From the NCBI GenBank assembly GCA_951406725.2, contig OX597825.1, positions 41,540,001 through 41,604,000 of the forward strand: a stretch of DNA of 64,000 nt, written 5' to 3'. Shown here in pieces: positions 62,748 through 64,000 of the stretch (position 1 is its first letter; each line of letters starts with the position of its first letter). The notes beneath the pieces were generated by a model, which saw only the letters and a list, made by a program, of their open reading frames with translations, was not told the DNA's origin and ran no database searches. Both the position numbers and the translations under genes were made by a program. The DNA is from Octopus vulgaris (lineage: Eukaryota).

Positions 62748-63799
62748 CACACACATAAGGATGTAGAACCATGAAATATATAATTTCTTTTGAAACTGTA
62801 TTTTTCTTTGAAACATTTGACATTTAGACAGTGTAAAAGTCCACATAGGATATACTGAATGTGCAGACATAGCAGACATCATTTCTGAAAGTTACAATTC
62901 TTCTTATACCTTTGTCGACTTTTCTATTGTGAGTGTTGTCATTTATTACTTTTCTTTTATGTTAAGAAGTAAACCATTTTATCTGTAAAGCAAAATCGAA
63001 GGCCTGACTTATGTATAATATCATTCTGTGATGTTATTGAATAATATTAACCATAATGTTTATATTAGCTATAATACAGTATATTAAGTTTATTAAAGCT
63101 TTACCATCTATGTTGGAAAAGCTTTAACAAATCTTAATATACCACATTACATCTTTATTTTCATATTGGAAATAGTTCATATGGCTATATTTCATAAACT
63201 AATATACAATTCATAAACTCTTCAAACAAAGAGAGAAAGGAGTTAAGAAGGGAGAAAGAGTAAGAGACTGAGATAACTAAAAATGCAGTGATGTCACAAA
63301 CTTTGCTTTGTCTTCCTTCTCCTCCAGCTCTTCATTTCTAAATCTCCATATTGCTTTCAGCCACTTTCTTTTGCATGTTTGCTTTAACTTCCACTTTTAC
63401 TCAGCTACTCACTTTTAGAATCCTTTCTCCTTCTCTCTCTTTCTCTCTTCCTTTTCTTATCATGTTTTTTTACTCTTTCTCATTATTGATTTCACTATAT
63501 TTATTTCTCTTTCTTCTCTCTTCTTCATCTATCAATTTCCCCGTCTCTCCCACCCTCTCTCTCTCTCTTTCTTCACCATTATCAACACCAACATCACTGC
63601 CAGTGTCTCAGCCACCACCAATGCCATAATTACCAACTTTCTATTTCTTATTTTATTTGAGTTACTCCCCTTAGTGTTGCACAATAGTTATGTAGCAACA
63701 TACTGTTGTATCAATATAGACATTTCAGATGCAAGCAGCAGCAAATTAGGAGGAGGACAATTCTCTAATTTTAACAATGTCAGCATTCCTATACTGAAG

Positions 63800-64000
63800 T
63801 CATCACCATCATCATCATCATCGCTTAACGTCCACCTTCCATGCTAGCATGGGCTGGACAGTTTGACAGGAACTGGCCTAGCAGGAGCCTGCACCAAACT
63901 TCTGTGTCTGTTTTGGCGTGGTTTTTATGTCTGGATGCCCTTTCTAACACCAACTGCCAAGTAGAGTGGACTGTGTGCTTTTTACGTAGCACAAGCATTG
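63800..64000 (-). mobile_element. RTE LINE 3' end fragment
   Basis: (CAT)n-cttaacgtccaccttccatgctagcatggg..ctggatgccctt..gtgctttttacgt. Confidence 0.8.

Overview
AT-rich, microsatellite-dense eukaryotic DNA with no confidently identifiable host protein-coding exon. The repeat families suggest an octopus (coleoid cephalopod) genome; this is an inference. The window is a mosaic of decayed mobile DNA: RTE and CR1/L2-type LINEs, tRNA-headed SINEs, three mariner remnants, hAT, Mutator and piggyBac-like MITEs, a Helitron fragment, a Ty3/Gypsy pol remnant, and several Penelope-like elements (PLEs) or solo pseudo-LTRs (pLTRs). The strongest signal not explained by the ORF track is about eleven minimal type-I hammerhead-ribozyme-like motifs from at least six unrelated pLTR families. 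One has a fully canonical core (13017-13075). One family has an apparently fixed non-canonical core. Two families occur as fold-back palindromes with a motif in each arm. One motif lies just downstream of a tRNA-like Pol III module that is identical between otherwise diverged palindrome arms. Nearly all ORFs in the supplied track are microsatellite artefacts or TE fragments. All calls were made by eye without alignment or folding tools, and boundaries of old elements are approximate.
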